DNA of 61,287 nt, the filler included, from Dirinaria sp. TL-2023a (taxonomy: Eukaryota): assembly GCA_051941275.1 (NCBI GenBank). It is 17 parts of 17 records of this genome, joined end to end, with 100 filler letters (N's around TTAATTAATTAA, not from the genome) between each part and the next. Parts side by side here need not be neighbours in the genome. Positions count along the whole stretch, not along the records: positions 10,913 to 14,443 come from JAVEBF010002028.1; positions 14,544 to 18,070 come from JAVEBF010002029.1; positions 18,171 to 21,696 come from JAVEBF010002030.1; positions 21,797 to 25,318 come from JAVEBF010002031.1; 13 more parts are not named here. One strand, 5' to 3'. A program made the position numbers and the translations under genes. Of this stretch, positions 10,813 to 23,099 are shown piece by piece. How positions within the stretch are numbered: the stretch's first letter is position 1; every line of letters begins with the position of its first letter. The notes beneath the pieces were generated by a model. It did no database searches, was not told the DNA's origin, and was given only the letters and a program-made list of their open reading frames with translations.

Positions 10813-13544
10813 NNNNNNNNNNNNNNNNNNNNNNNNNNNNNNNNNNNNNNNNNNNNTTAATTAATTAANNNNNNNNNNNNNNNNNNNNNNNNNNNNNNNN
10901 NNNNNNNNNNNNTGTATGATGAGATGTTTTTGGGTTTGTGATTGGTGTGCATGTTGTAGATAGATGATGAGTTAGGAAGGGAGATATTTCTTTTTTTTCG
11001 TAGACTATTTATGTGTGTGTGCGTTGTTAGAAGGCGATGGATGGGTCGGGTGCTTTTTGGGATTTTTTGGATTTTTTGGATAGGGGAGGTTGGATTTTGG
11101 ATTTTGGATGGGGGGTTTGAAGGGATTAAAGGGTTATAGAGGGGGTATGGAGCGCTGAAGTTGAGGGCTTTTTTTTTTGGCTGCTGGGAATTTTTGAAGT
11201 GCTGTAGGCGAGGGATGGGTCTCTTGATATATTTAGTGCTGATCCGCATCGGGAGAGAGAGTGTGTGGCTTGTGGCTCTTGAGAGGTTCTCCATGAAAGA
11301 CTTAGTTGGGCAAATGACATATGTGAAAGGAGGGAGGATGATGGTTGATATTTCGCTGCGTCTGGGGCTTAACTCATCAGCTTGTTTGGCGTACGGGTCT
11401 GAGACTAAGAGAAATTATCTTATGGCTTCGAATTTTGGATTTATTGAATATATTTCGGCGTAAGGGTCGGAATTTATCGATGCCTATTGTAGGATTCAAA
11501 CGTGTAGCTCGTTATGGTTGGGTTAAAGCGAACATTATGTAGTGCATAATGCTGTTTGCAAAGTTTAATTCTGAAATTTGCCCAGTAGTAATATATATTC
11601 CGAGTAAGATAGCATGAGAAAGGGTGATAGCATAAACGCTCGAAAGACTTTCGGCATCGTGTGGACAAGACGTGCTGAACACTTAGTACTCAGTGACAGA
11701 TTTGCTTCCACTAAAATTTGTGAATGGGAACCTTGAAGGAAAAAAACTCGAGAAGCGCAATTCTCATGGACTTGGGGATCATTGTTGCCATCTCTCACAG
11801 ACTCATGACTAAGTCTCATGCCGGCATCACATGGTTCTTTATCGGTTCTGTCACTTAAGAGTACTGGGAGTGGATCCTACCTTATCCTAATGGCTAGCAA
11901 GATAGAAGTCAACAGCGCAATACGCCGAAGCACTTATGGGGCGGTATGTAGCTCATACTAAATTGCGAGCGCGAGACACGGAAAGTCATAGATGTTAGAC
12001 ACATTTAAGGGCCCAAATCAACCAGGGTGTAGACTCGAAGGACAAGGAGAGCACGTTTCAGGCGGCTCGGTAGCTTCCAGCAAAACACATTGGCTGATTT
12101 TCTCCGCATCTCGGTACCGGTAAAGTTCTGGGATATTAAACCGGAGCAAGCTCCTCTAAATATTGCACTGGAAGTGGAAAGAGATTCTGGTCCATGAGTG
12201 AACCCTGATCTGACTTGAACGATAGGCATTCAACAGAGAACCAATTGTACAATTCTAAACATGTGCCCACTGAAAATCCGTGAAGCATCATCCTACCTAC
12301 AGGAATGACGAAGTAAATAATGCTCAGGCTATACAAGCCAGTCCGAATTTCTAAAATCGGGTGGATCGCATTCCTTACTGACATGCGCAGTGAGACAAAT
12401 CAAGGATCGACCTCGAGGCAGCCGAGCCGTGCTACATTTCTCCAAAAGCTCTGGGTAAGGCGGTCTGAGAATGCCCCTCGGGAAACGGGAGCGAAGAAAT
12501 GACATAGTACTTCGACGTTTACGTTCCCCGTAAACGCGGAACAGGGGACTGTCCGACACCTTTTGCATCATGGGTCGGCATAGGCTGGACCACTCGCCCG
12601 CACTTTTGAAGCGTGGGTCCACTACGACGGAGGAATGTAAGCAGATCGGGGTTAGGGGTAAGATGACGTGCATCTCAGGGACGCGGTCTGATTGCTCTTC
12701 TGTGACCATTCAGAGACCGATGTTTTTCGTTCCAAGCGCTGAGGATGGGAAGATCAAGATCACGTGCCGATGATATCGGGATTATTAAGGGAGAACTAAT
12801 AAATCATAAATGGGAAAAAGGGAGGAAAAAGGACATTAAAGCGACCGAAAATAGATTTTGCCAAGAAAACTCGGATTGGTCCGTGCAATGATCGAGAGCC
12901 TCCTTGAGTCCTTCAGCTTCTGCCCTCCAACCATTTTCCTCCATCGCTTGATTCGCTTCACAATTGACGTTCTGTAACCGCTGCCATGGTCCAGTACGGA
13001 GTTAGTACCTTAGCACTCCCGGACTGCTAGCTCCTCGCCCGCACACTCGCCCTTTACTCGAGCCAATCGTAAAGCTCCATCTTTTGAATGCCATCAACTC
13101 CCAAATCCCTCCTTGTGCCGTTGCACGTTCCGCCAATCCTTGAGATTGCGCGCGCCTACAACGCAAGCCATCAGTATCACAGACATCCTGCCCTTGAAGC
13201 TCCGTCGTTGATTCGACAATCTGTAAGGGAGGCTGCTGATCTGGCCCAAGCGTCTAGCGATATGCAGGGCTAGAGAGGATACTGGCATCCTCACTCACAG
13301 AAGCACAAGAGAAAAAGGTCCGGTTCGACGAATCACGGACCATGGTCTGATATATTTAGAGAGCACCGCGGTTGACCGGTAGGTATGGAATTGCTGCTAT
13401 TCAGCTAGTAAGGTATTATTATATCTCATCTCAATCTCGCTCTCATTTGAAAGGTCCCACGTTTCAACGAAGATTCTCCTTTCCTCTTCGTCCCGCCAAT
13501 CCCTATATTCATATTTCTAGCACTGGTTGTTCTACGTTCATGTA

Positions 13545-14369
13545 ATGTCTTTCCTACCACCACCCACGTCTGCAGCGCAGACTCCCAAAAGACCCCATCT
13601 CTCCGTCTTCCAGCTCTCGTCCTACCGTGGAGAGCCCAGCTCCGAGCCACCAGCCTACTCGCCTCACGATGTCCTCGCTGCGCGGTATCGGAGGCTGGCA
13701 GGACATCTCCACTGGGCACGCCTTGCAGTATCCTTCATCACTCTCATCGCCGGCGTGGTGGTCGTCGGCTGCGCTGCGAGCGCCTTACACTCCTACTCCT
13801 CAACCCAGCTCGATCCCCAATTCATGCTGCCTCTATGGCCATCCTCGATCGACCTACGACCCACTCGCGCGATCATAGCCTGCGGTGCACTCGTCACGAT
13901 CTTCAGCCTCATCTACATTCTCGCCGCTCTCCTACCCACTGTTCGTTCTCCGTCCCCTCCCTTTTCCCCTTCCCAGCCCTATTTCCCATCCAGATCAAAT
14001 AGCTTTATATACTAACCCTCCCCCTAAAAGCCGACCTCTAAGCTCCGCCTCCTAAACACCCTCTCAACCCCACTCGCCTTCCTCACCCTCTTCATCTCCA
14101 TCTTCGCAACCGCCTACGCCTCCACCATCACCTCGCACCTGGTAGACAGCACCAGCGCCGGCACCCTCACCTCCTGGACCTGCAAATGGAGCGGCTTCGC
14201 CGCCACCGCGCCCCAGGGCTTCGCGAAGATCTGCACGGAGAGCACCGTCGCGCTCGATCTGGTCACGTTCTTGGTCGTCGTGGAAGCGATCGCTGTGCTG
14301 ATGAGTGCGGCCGGGTGGTGGATCGAGGCCAAGGTGAGAAGGGATGCGGGCGAGAAATTGGACGGGTGA
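13545..14369 (+). CDS. Fungal 4-TM membrane protein of unknown function, about 244 aa; exons 13545-13940, 14031-14369
   Basis: 90-nt intron GTTCGT...ACTAAC...AAG joins the frames. Four hydrophobic helices; motifs LPLWP..DLRPT, SWTCKW and FAKICTE. An additional upstream exon cannot be excluded. Confidence 0.8.
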
Positions 14370-14543
14370 TGGGTAGGGATAGAGAACCTGAAGGTCGACA
14401 TCCAGATCGAAGTCCCGAATGCGAATACGCATCGGGGGCCAGGNNNNNNNNNNNNNNNNNNNNNNNNNNNNNNNNNNNNNNNNNNNNTTAATTAATTAAN
14501 NNNNNNNNNNNNNNNNNNNNNNNNNNNNNNNNNNNNNNNNNNN

Positions 14544-16680
14544 GTTTTGCTCGGCCGAGGAGGTGCCATCGAGCAATACCTCCGGAAGGATTTTCTTGAT
14601 AAAAACTATCCAGTCTTTGAGAAGACCCGTATACCTGACGTTGCTGGCGTCGATAAGCAAGACCTTTACAACCGGCAATGGCAGATACCCATCATCCTGC
14701 CCCGATCGCCCCATCTAGATTTACCCAACGAATTTATTCCGCCTTTCTTACCTAGCGAAGGCCACCAGCCACGGCATGGGAGCTTTGGTTTTGTGTACAA
14801 GGTGAAAGTGGCGAGCGGTCACCTTGAGGACTACGAATCGGTGAGAATCCTAATATGGGCACATTCACGAGCTGACTGTGGACTAGTCGGAATATGTTGC
14901 TCGGAAAGAAATAAGGAAAGATGATAAAAATGAATGGAAAATAATGATGAGGGAAGTTGAGACGCTCCGAGCTCGAAGACATGAACACATTGTCCCCCTA
15001 TTGTCCTCCTGGACTCAGCAATTCATTGAATCGGAACGTCAGGCCGCCAGTCTGAACCTGCTGTTTCCATACTCTTCGATGACGTTGGAGGAATGGCTTA
15101 ATTGCAGCAAGCCGCCCAGGGACTGGGAGGATAGCCGAAAAGGGTTGAAAGATTATATCTACCACTCGATGAAGTGTCTGTGCGATGCTGTTACGTACCT
15201 TCACAAAGAGATTGATGGTCTGATCTCCTCGCACCATGACCTGAAGCCTGAGAATATCCTTTTATTCGGTAAAGACTGGAAGATCGCGGACTTCGGCCGA
15301 ACCCACCTGATGCGTCTTGAGGCAGGTTCTGATACCGAAGGAAGATCGGGTTTAGGAACTTTTACTTATCACCCACCCGAATACTGGAATCTTTCAGGAA
15401 AGCATGCCGGTATCCGACACGGTCGAGCTTTTGACGTTTGGGCACTGGGCTGCATATTTGTGGAGTTTGCTACCATAGCCGCGCGTGGCTGGTCGTCCCA
15501 AGCACTCCAGCAATTTAAGGAGAATAGGAAGATAAATACATATCGTCCTATCAAAGACTTCCCTGATAGAAAGGACGGGGATGATCATTCCTACCACAAT
15601 AACATGAACGTTGTCCGGGATTGGATGCGCCAGCTTCGAGACTCGGACGGTAGCTCCAGGTTGATATCGGTACTCGAGATCACGGATTCAATGCTCAGTA
15701 GGGAACCACATGATAGACCCTTGTCATGGGAAGTCTACTTGGATCTGGATGAACTTCTGGACCCTAACAAAACTAACAATGAAAAGGAAATTGGAACCAA
15801 TGATAGAGTCCAGAGGCCTAACCGTCGCCATCCTAAAATGAAACAGAACCCTCTTCACCGCAGTGCCGTCAACGGAAACAAAATCCGTGTGAGGTGTCTC
15901 CTGAATTGCGGGTGGACTGCCTATCCTGTGGACGTCTCAAAGCTCAGAGCAGCACACGAAGATGACATTATCAACATGCTCAGAGTTGCTAAATTAAATA
16001 GATTAATAAAAGCAATATGGTGGCGTCGCATCTTGAAGAAGATCTCCCAGTCCAAACTCTCAATGGACCCCACAGATGTTAATTACGCCACAGCCATTCA
16101 AAAGCGCCGGCAGCGCGTGGCCTCCAGTGATGTTCGGAAGGCCTTGGCGTGGTACGACAAGCTGGAGGAAAATTCCCCTTTCAGTGGCTCTGGCGCATCA
16201 ATAGGAAAAGCAACAACGGATGCTAATTTAGATCTTGATAAGCAAGGAATGCACAAACTCCACCACTATTGTAAAAACGGCAATTTCTGGAAGGCAAAAG
16301 TCACGCTGGAGACAATATCTTCGGGCACTCTTCCAAAGCTCTTAACTTGTGACGATTCTAGGGGCATGCTACCGTTACACTATGCTGCAAGAAATGGTTC
16401 CCAGGCTTTGGTGGAGCAACTTCTCAAGAGCTTCAAGCTGGATCCCACTGTTCTTCTCTCATGGCCAGATCGGGAAGGGCAGACTCCATTGCACAAAGCT
16501 GCAGAGAACGGCGACGTGGATACGATCTGGTATTTGCTGCACGCACACATAGATGCGAAAGATTATGTCACCTTTCTGGACAACTCTTCTAGGACCGCAC
16601 GCGATTTGGCTAGAGTTCATGGGTGCGCAGGTGCTGAAAAACTATTGGCAAAAACAGAACACCACACCCTCACGGAGTGA
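14544..16680 (+). CDS. Ser/Thr protein kinase with C-terminal ankyrin repeats (5'-truncated); exons <14544-14840, 14887-16680
   Basis: GSFGFVYKV, VARKE, HHDLKPENILL, DFG, YHPPE and DVWALGC motifs. Ankyrin motifs NPLHRSAVNGN, LPLHYAARNGS and TPLHKAAENGD. Intron GTGAGA...CTGAC...TAG is in frame. Confidence 0.92.
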
Positions 16681-17938
16681 CACGTTGAGGAATTCAACTT
16701 TACTGAGGAGCCGTATTCGCAACATGGCTAAATCAACACGCAATACTTGCTGCGTTCTTGGATGACAGCTTGCACAAAGCACCATGCAAGAGTATCAAGG
16801 AAGTCAAATGCTCCGTGTCCCTCTTTTCATTCTTTACCAACACCCTAATTACATAAGCCAACACAAGATAGCAGATTTAGCCTACAAATTTCCTTGCAGA
16901 ACGTATGGCCAGGCCATTATCATCGGAGACCATTACATCTTTCACAGAAAATCAGGCTCTGGAACCAGTACAACGCAATCTTCCAATTGGTCTTCCTGCA
17001 CAGCTAGCAGCGACGTGAATCCTGCTCTGTCATCACCATCAACCACCATGGTCGGCAGCGGACGGCTCGCTCCCTTCTGCATTTTGAGCGTTTCATATTT
17101 GAGCTTGTTAGTAGAAAATCACGAATTATTCTTTATGGGTTTGATCCCGAGTCTCGTTGCTCGGCCCTTCCAATCATTTCTGAGCAATTAGCTAACTTAA
17201 GCGCAGTGGCGGTGATGTAATCAGCACTAACGCTGCGTATGACCCAAGCACCTAATTGCTGTGACATCAAAGATGCAAGAAATTTTCAAAGGTGGAAAGC
17301 AACATCATTTCTTATCTTTGGTATAGCACGCGACCATATGGCTTCCAGAATCTCTCAAAAGTATCGCTAGCTCAACGTTGGTGTGGACGCATTATATCTT
17401 TCGAAATCCATAGATAGACGGTACCACAATACATCAAAATTTGCCAAAACCCTCTTCTCTAAGGCGAACGGGACTGACCGGCCTATGAGCTTAATGCTGA
17501 CCTTCGCTACATGTAGTTGGGGCTTTCCATATGAGAGCTTGAATCTAGATCCCGCTTAACACGATTAAAGCTTGATTTTGGACGTCGCAAGCATCATAAA
17601 GATCTAATACCCCAAAATATAATAAGAAAGGCAATGACGAATGGAAGATGTAGGCAAGAGTTAGTCCGGGCACTCAGCGCCCCATAAAATTAATGTCCGA
17701 TATCGCTCTGAGCAACTCGAAGTCGATAGAAACCGCCCCTGTCGATCTGTCGTTGAAATCGATTCATCCATGTACTCTCAGGAATCCGAAGAACTCTTAT
17801 AATCCTTCGATCGAGTAATGATGCTCTATCATTATTATTATTTTTCTTCTTTTCTGACGTCTCCACGGTTTGCTCGTCGAGTCTTCCATTTTTAAGAGAG
17901 AATTAAAAAAAGAAAAAAAGAAAAGAAAAAAAAAAGAG

Positions 17939-18070
17939 AACATCGCCCGGAATCGAACCCAGGACCAAAAGGATAAGGACTCGGATCCGGCTAGGTGATC
18001 AGTCTAACCGTTTCCTCGCCGTCTCACTCCCTTAGGGTTAGCTCCGTCGATTGGCCCCCCTGGCCAGGGG
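17939..18070 (-). ncRNA. tRNA-like / Pol III-type element (3' half; B-box/T-arm plus oligo-T), truncated at contig end
   Basis: Minus strand reads GGTCCTGGGTTCGATTCCGGGCGATGTT, followed directly by long T runs. No complete cloverleaf or matching 5' acceptor strand inside the contig, and the T-stem has a G-G mismatch. Confidence 0.4.
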
Positions 18071-18577
18071 NNNNNNNNNNNNNNNNNNNNNNNNNNNNNN
18101 NNNNNNNNNNNNNNTTAATTAATTAANNNNNNNNNNNNNNNNNNNNNNNNNNNNNNNNNNNNNNNNNNNNGTCCCGGAAAACCCCCCCCAAAGGCTGCTG
18201 AATCCCAGATGAATCCCGGCAAAACACGGCTCAAATACTTACCCTCCCGAAGAACGCCTCGCTGGATTCATATGTACCTTCCTTCCGTGTTACTCATACA
18301 ATAGTCCAAGAAAATTTTGAAATAAAAGAAGGGCCCTGGAGAAGATGCCCCAAGAGCTGTTCGGTGGCTTAGGATTGGAATGAGTTGGCCGGTGCCCGTT
18401 GGTGGCGAATGTTTGAGGTGACTGGCCAGCACTTTGACCTAATTGTTCGGGGTCGTGTGCCGCTTTTTTGCACGCTTTGCGCGCCGTATCGGGAGGTAGG
18501 GTGTTCCCTCAGCTTCCTCGCACGTTGGCTGCTGATCCTTCTCAATCTCGTCGTGGTTGTACCAGAACATCCATGGC

Positions 18578-21059
18578 CTAGAAGTGATTATATTGCGAAC
18601 TCTGCGGAGGCACCCAGTAGTTCTGATACGGATGCTTTGGTGCTGAAAAATCCGCCTTGCTCAACAGTGGATTCACAATACCCTGCGGTGGGCCCTTGTT
18701 CATCATAGTTGGAGGCGCAGGTGGCAGCTGGCTTCCACTACTATTGCTCTGTTGGTGGAAGGCGAAGTTTGGCATTTGCATGATCCCCGCTTGCATCTGC
18801 TGTTGTTGGCTCTGTTGCTGCTGTTGGAAGGCTTCCTCATCACTGGTCCAGCCCCACTTCTCCTTCAGCTCTTTGTACAGGAATGCTACCCTCCACCCTG
18901 TTTCTTTACGGATTTTTTCGAATATGGTCAAGACTTCTTCTTGTTCACGCCGCGATGTAAGGCATTCACCGGCAATGGCCAGCGACCGGATGGCGACAGA
19001 GGCCACACCACGGTCCTTGACGTGCGCGACGATGCCGCATAAGTCGTGGGCGTGGCTAGTCTGCATATCGTGCATCTCGCCGGACGAGACAGAAAGCACA
19101 GGATTAACGCGGGCAAGAAGGCACATGGCGGTGTGATAGAATAGACGGGCGACAATAGTGGCACGCTTGATGAGCCTGGACAAGTTAGTGAGACCTTGGT
19201 GCTTGTGCTTTTATCAGGGGAATCCTACCAAACTTCTGGAAAAGCCGATTTGGTGCTCGTCTGGTAAGGATAAAGGTAACCCATAGGGTGCATCGTCCGT
19301 GGCACACTATTGTTCCACGACTCGCACCAATCCCTCAGCCGATTCCACTCATTGTACCGTTTTTGCAGCCTGCTCTGCTCCGCATCGTGTGTCGATTCCG
19401 CGTACCGTGGAATAGAAGCGCGAAAATTTGCAACCTTCGCCACAATGTACACCATCCGATGGGTCCACACCTCTTCTTGCCCCTGACCTGCGTCGCGAGA
19501 GAAGTCCATATCCACTCCCCATTGATCAGGATCCCAGGCCACCTGCCAATTAAAATGCAGGCAGCTCAAAAGTTCCATCCCCACATTCAACCAGAAGCAC
19601 GCAGCACCGATGCCGACGGATTTTGCATTCCATCCACATTCTTTGATCAATGCACGAGCGCCAGCAATATGATTCATTCGTTGCAGTGCCTTTTCGGACA
19701 TGATTTCATAGACATTCAGTATGACAGCTGTGGTGGCACAAATGACAGTGTTTCTATTGGGGTTCTGCAATGACTTGAGCAGGATACTAGTTGCTGTATC
19801 ATAGTAATTCAGAGCTTTATCTTCATGGTAGGCAGGATTGACAAGGGTCAGGTGCCGGGCACCGCAGGCAAGAAAAGCGTTCAACAACATGGGCTCGCCC
19901 AAAGCATCGAACGGCAAGAGCCGCGAAAACTAGACTTATCAGCCGTTTCGCACACAACTACCGGGGAAGCCGTGGTTCTTACGTGCTTGTAGGGATCCAT
20001 GCTATCCATCCACAACCCGACCTCCTCCACAAACACTTGCATGAACAGTAGCTCTTCTGGTGAACTCAAAATCTGCCTTGTCTCATGTGGAGGGGTAAGC
20101 GTCTGCTCGGACTGGCCGTAGGAAGGCTGAGGAGGCGCTGGGATCGTAGAACTGGAGAAAGTTGAGTCCGAATGTGTGGAAGAATGACGATGCGTATCTC
20201 GCACCTGGTCAGGAAACCGCTGGGACGTGCCCGAATACGCCTCTACACCACCGGGTGGCAGAGACGATATAGAAGGTAGTTGTTGGTGGGAAAGAGTTGG
20301 TGTGTCGATGCTGCTGGGGAATTCGAAAGTGGCTTCGGCATTCGCGTCGGTGATGCTCGCCTGTTCTATGGGTATGTGTGCATACCGTCCGAGTCCACCT
20401 CGGTACTCCGACGCTATCTCCCGAGATTCATCTTGAAAGCATACATCCCATTCTTGCGTCGGTGGAGTTATTGGAGGGCTCTTGACCTGCGTGTCGATAA
20501 AATTGAGTCGTACCCCTCGCTTGCAGGCCCGACTCGATTTTCGGCAATTTTGGCAGTCCGGGACGCCTTCATCACACTTCAGATGTCTTTCTCTGCAAGT
20601 CAAGCAGCCTGTTCGAACCCTCTTCGGCCTCGATGAGGAGGCATCAGCAGGTATGGATTGGCCTGCAGGTGGGGGGGCGGCCATTGCTCTTTGATCCATC
20701 CCGGCGTTACGTTCTTCGCTGGGCCCAGTTTCCTCGATTTTAATCCGCTTCAGGGGCTTTATGTCCTCCACATCTTGAATGTACTCCCAATCGGTGGTTT
20801 TAGCGTCAACGGTCGCGTCGCGTCCAACGATTCGACTCTGTGGTAAGGCGTTCGGCGAAATTGATAGGTAGCCTTGCGTGTTGAAGTTCGGGAAAGTCAG
20901 GTCAGAGTCGGATTGCGGAAAGGACGGAGGCGCGATAAAGGGAGCCAGAACGCCGAGATCTTGCGACCGTCTCGGAGCTGCGACGGATTGTGCTTTTGAC
21001 AATTTGGGGGCGACAGAAGCTGGCGATAATGTGGTGGAGGGCTTAGGGTTGGATGCCAA
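18578..21059 (-). CDS. Zn(II)2Cys6 transcription factor with fungal-specific C-terminal TF domain; introns 19930-19982 and 19176-19228; start uncertain (first in-frame ATG at 20699, frame open to about 21067)
   Basis: RVRTGCLTCRERHLKCDEGVPDCQNCRKSSRAC. Two GT-AG introns with branch sites restore one frame (PYKH|FSRLLPF, PEVW|LIKR). Gln-rich tail. Confidence 0.92.
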
Positions 21060-22203
21060 ACCGACAACTGTTGGTGATCAGAGGCCTGTGTGCAGGTCGG
21101 ATGGTGCTGTAGCCTTGTGATTGGAGACTGTCGAAATTCACTCCAGTGCCAAAACACGGGCTATGAGTATGAAGTGTCAGGTATGGTTCCGTACCGCAGT
21201 CTGTAACGGGATGACGAGGGAACTCGAGACGTCGGGATAGAGCAGGGCAGAGATGGCGAGTTCAAGGACGTTGTGAATTATTGTATATTTTTCCAGAGCC
21301 GGAGAAGGAGTGAGGAGATGTAGCGAGTAGTAGGAGTGAACTAAGGGTAGTACCGTAGTAGCGAAAACCCTCTCAGGCTCTCAGCTGGCGGAGAAGCGCA
21401 TTGAGGGCAGAAGTGGCTCTTGTGGCGTTATAGAAATGAGCGCTGGACCCAATCAACGTCATGCCATCCGGATCTCTGGCTAGGATCAGATGCTTGATAG
21501 AAGGACGGATTGGCTGCACGACACAGACAGGCCTGGGCGGAATCTGCAGCAACTTGGCCAAGTAGTGCAGACCTTCCTGGCCTTTGTGCTTCTCTCCTCG
21601 CCTGTCTTTAAGTTGTGGACTTTACTTTTTTTTACTTGGGGTCTTATGGATTCCCTAGCAGTAGCGCGGTTCGTCACGAAAGGGCCGAAAAGAGAGNNNN
21701 NNNNNNNNNNNNNNNNNNNNNNNNNNNNNNNNNNNNNNNNTTAATTAATTAANNNNNNNNNNNNNNNNNNNNNNNNNNNNNNNNNNNNNNNNNNNNCCCA
21801 GATCCCAGATCCCAGATCCCAGTGATCATCCCAACTACATAAGGTACCCAAACCAGATGCTCGCTTATTTAACAAATAAATCCACCGTATTTCATACCCT
21901 GCCTATGGACCTTCGTCATCCGTCAAGAAGAAATCAAGGATGGTGATAATAGATAAGTGGTGTGGAACGGGCCAATTGGCCAGAGCAAGTCCGGGTGGCA
22001 AACATTCTAATTTGCCACCCCGAACTCAGCCCCCTTTGCAGCATGCCATATAAAGAACCACCGCAGGGAAACATGGACCATCCAAATAACCTGCAATAGC
22101 GGCCAAAGAAAGAGTTGTAGGACCGAACATGGAAAGTAATAAAATCGTATCCAGAGTGGCTGACCAGAGCGCGCATATCGAATCGAGTAAGCGACCTTGG
22201 TCT

Positions 22204-23099
22204 TCAGCGGCGACCCCGTTCTCGGTCCCGGCGGCTGCGAGATGGCGAATACATATCGGCAACGGCCGCCCGTGGGCTCTGTGGTGATATCGGTGGAGAC
22301 AACGTCGAATTATTGTGTGGTCGGCCGGGAATCACGAATCCTTTGAGATCGCAGTATTCATCGTTGCGCTCCTTGCTGTGACCTTTCAAGTCCTTGTAGG
22401 TGGCCACGGGGATTAAGTGGTTGGTATAAAGGTATTCAAAGAGCTCAAAGTCCGGTCGAGCGATGGCCAGCCGATGGCCGAGCTGATGGTGGATCTGGAC
22501 ATGCTTCATTCTTTTCCCCCACGACTCCAAGGCATTGTTGGACACGAACAGCGCATCGCAGAAACAGCACTTGTTCCGCCTTGGAGGGCCTACCACACGG
22601 CTCTCGGAATTGAAGTGAGTCAAGCTATGATCGACCCAGTCTCGTTCGTTTGCGAAATCCTTAAGGCAATAGAGGAGGTTGAAGGGACATTCCAGAGGCC
22701 CCTGGGGTGGCACCGTGACCAAAAGCGTACCATCAGGCCCCTGCTCTAAGATCCTCTGCTCCTGTTCCAGCTGCCTTCTGCCGACCGACGAAGGAACGGT
22801 GGACTCGGGCTGGCTAGCCGTGGAGCTGAGCGCCGGAAGGCTGTTCTGGCAGGTGTGATCACTACCAGAGACCTGCATCGAAGTGCGGACGCTCAATTCG
22901 GGAAGACCTCGATGGCCGTGGGTTCGGGAGTAGGGCGAGTCTGGAAGTGGTCTTTCGATGGTGAATTGTCTTGCAAATGAAGCATCGGAGTTGTCTCTGA
23001 TGAAGCCGTTCAAGGCATGGCCCCGCCACGACTCCGACGAACGTCTGCTCACTGCCGCGGTCAGCGTTACGCAGGGACTCAGTTGCCTCTTTGCCTACT
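22204..23099 (-). CDS. Uncharacterised fungal protein with Cys/His zinc-finger-like motifs, about 282 aa; predicted A|TG start across intron 23052-23098
   Basis: LECPFNLLYC...W..HSLTHF and CCFCD...RMKHVQIHH motifs. The long ORF lacks an ATG at its 5' end unless the 47-nt GTAGGC...CTGAC...CAG intron is removed. Confidence 0.78.
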
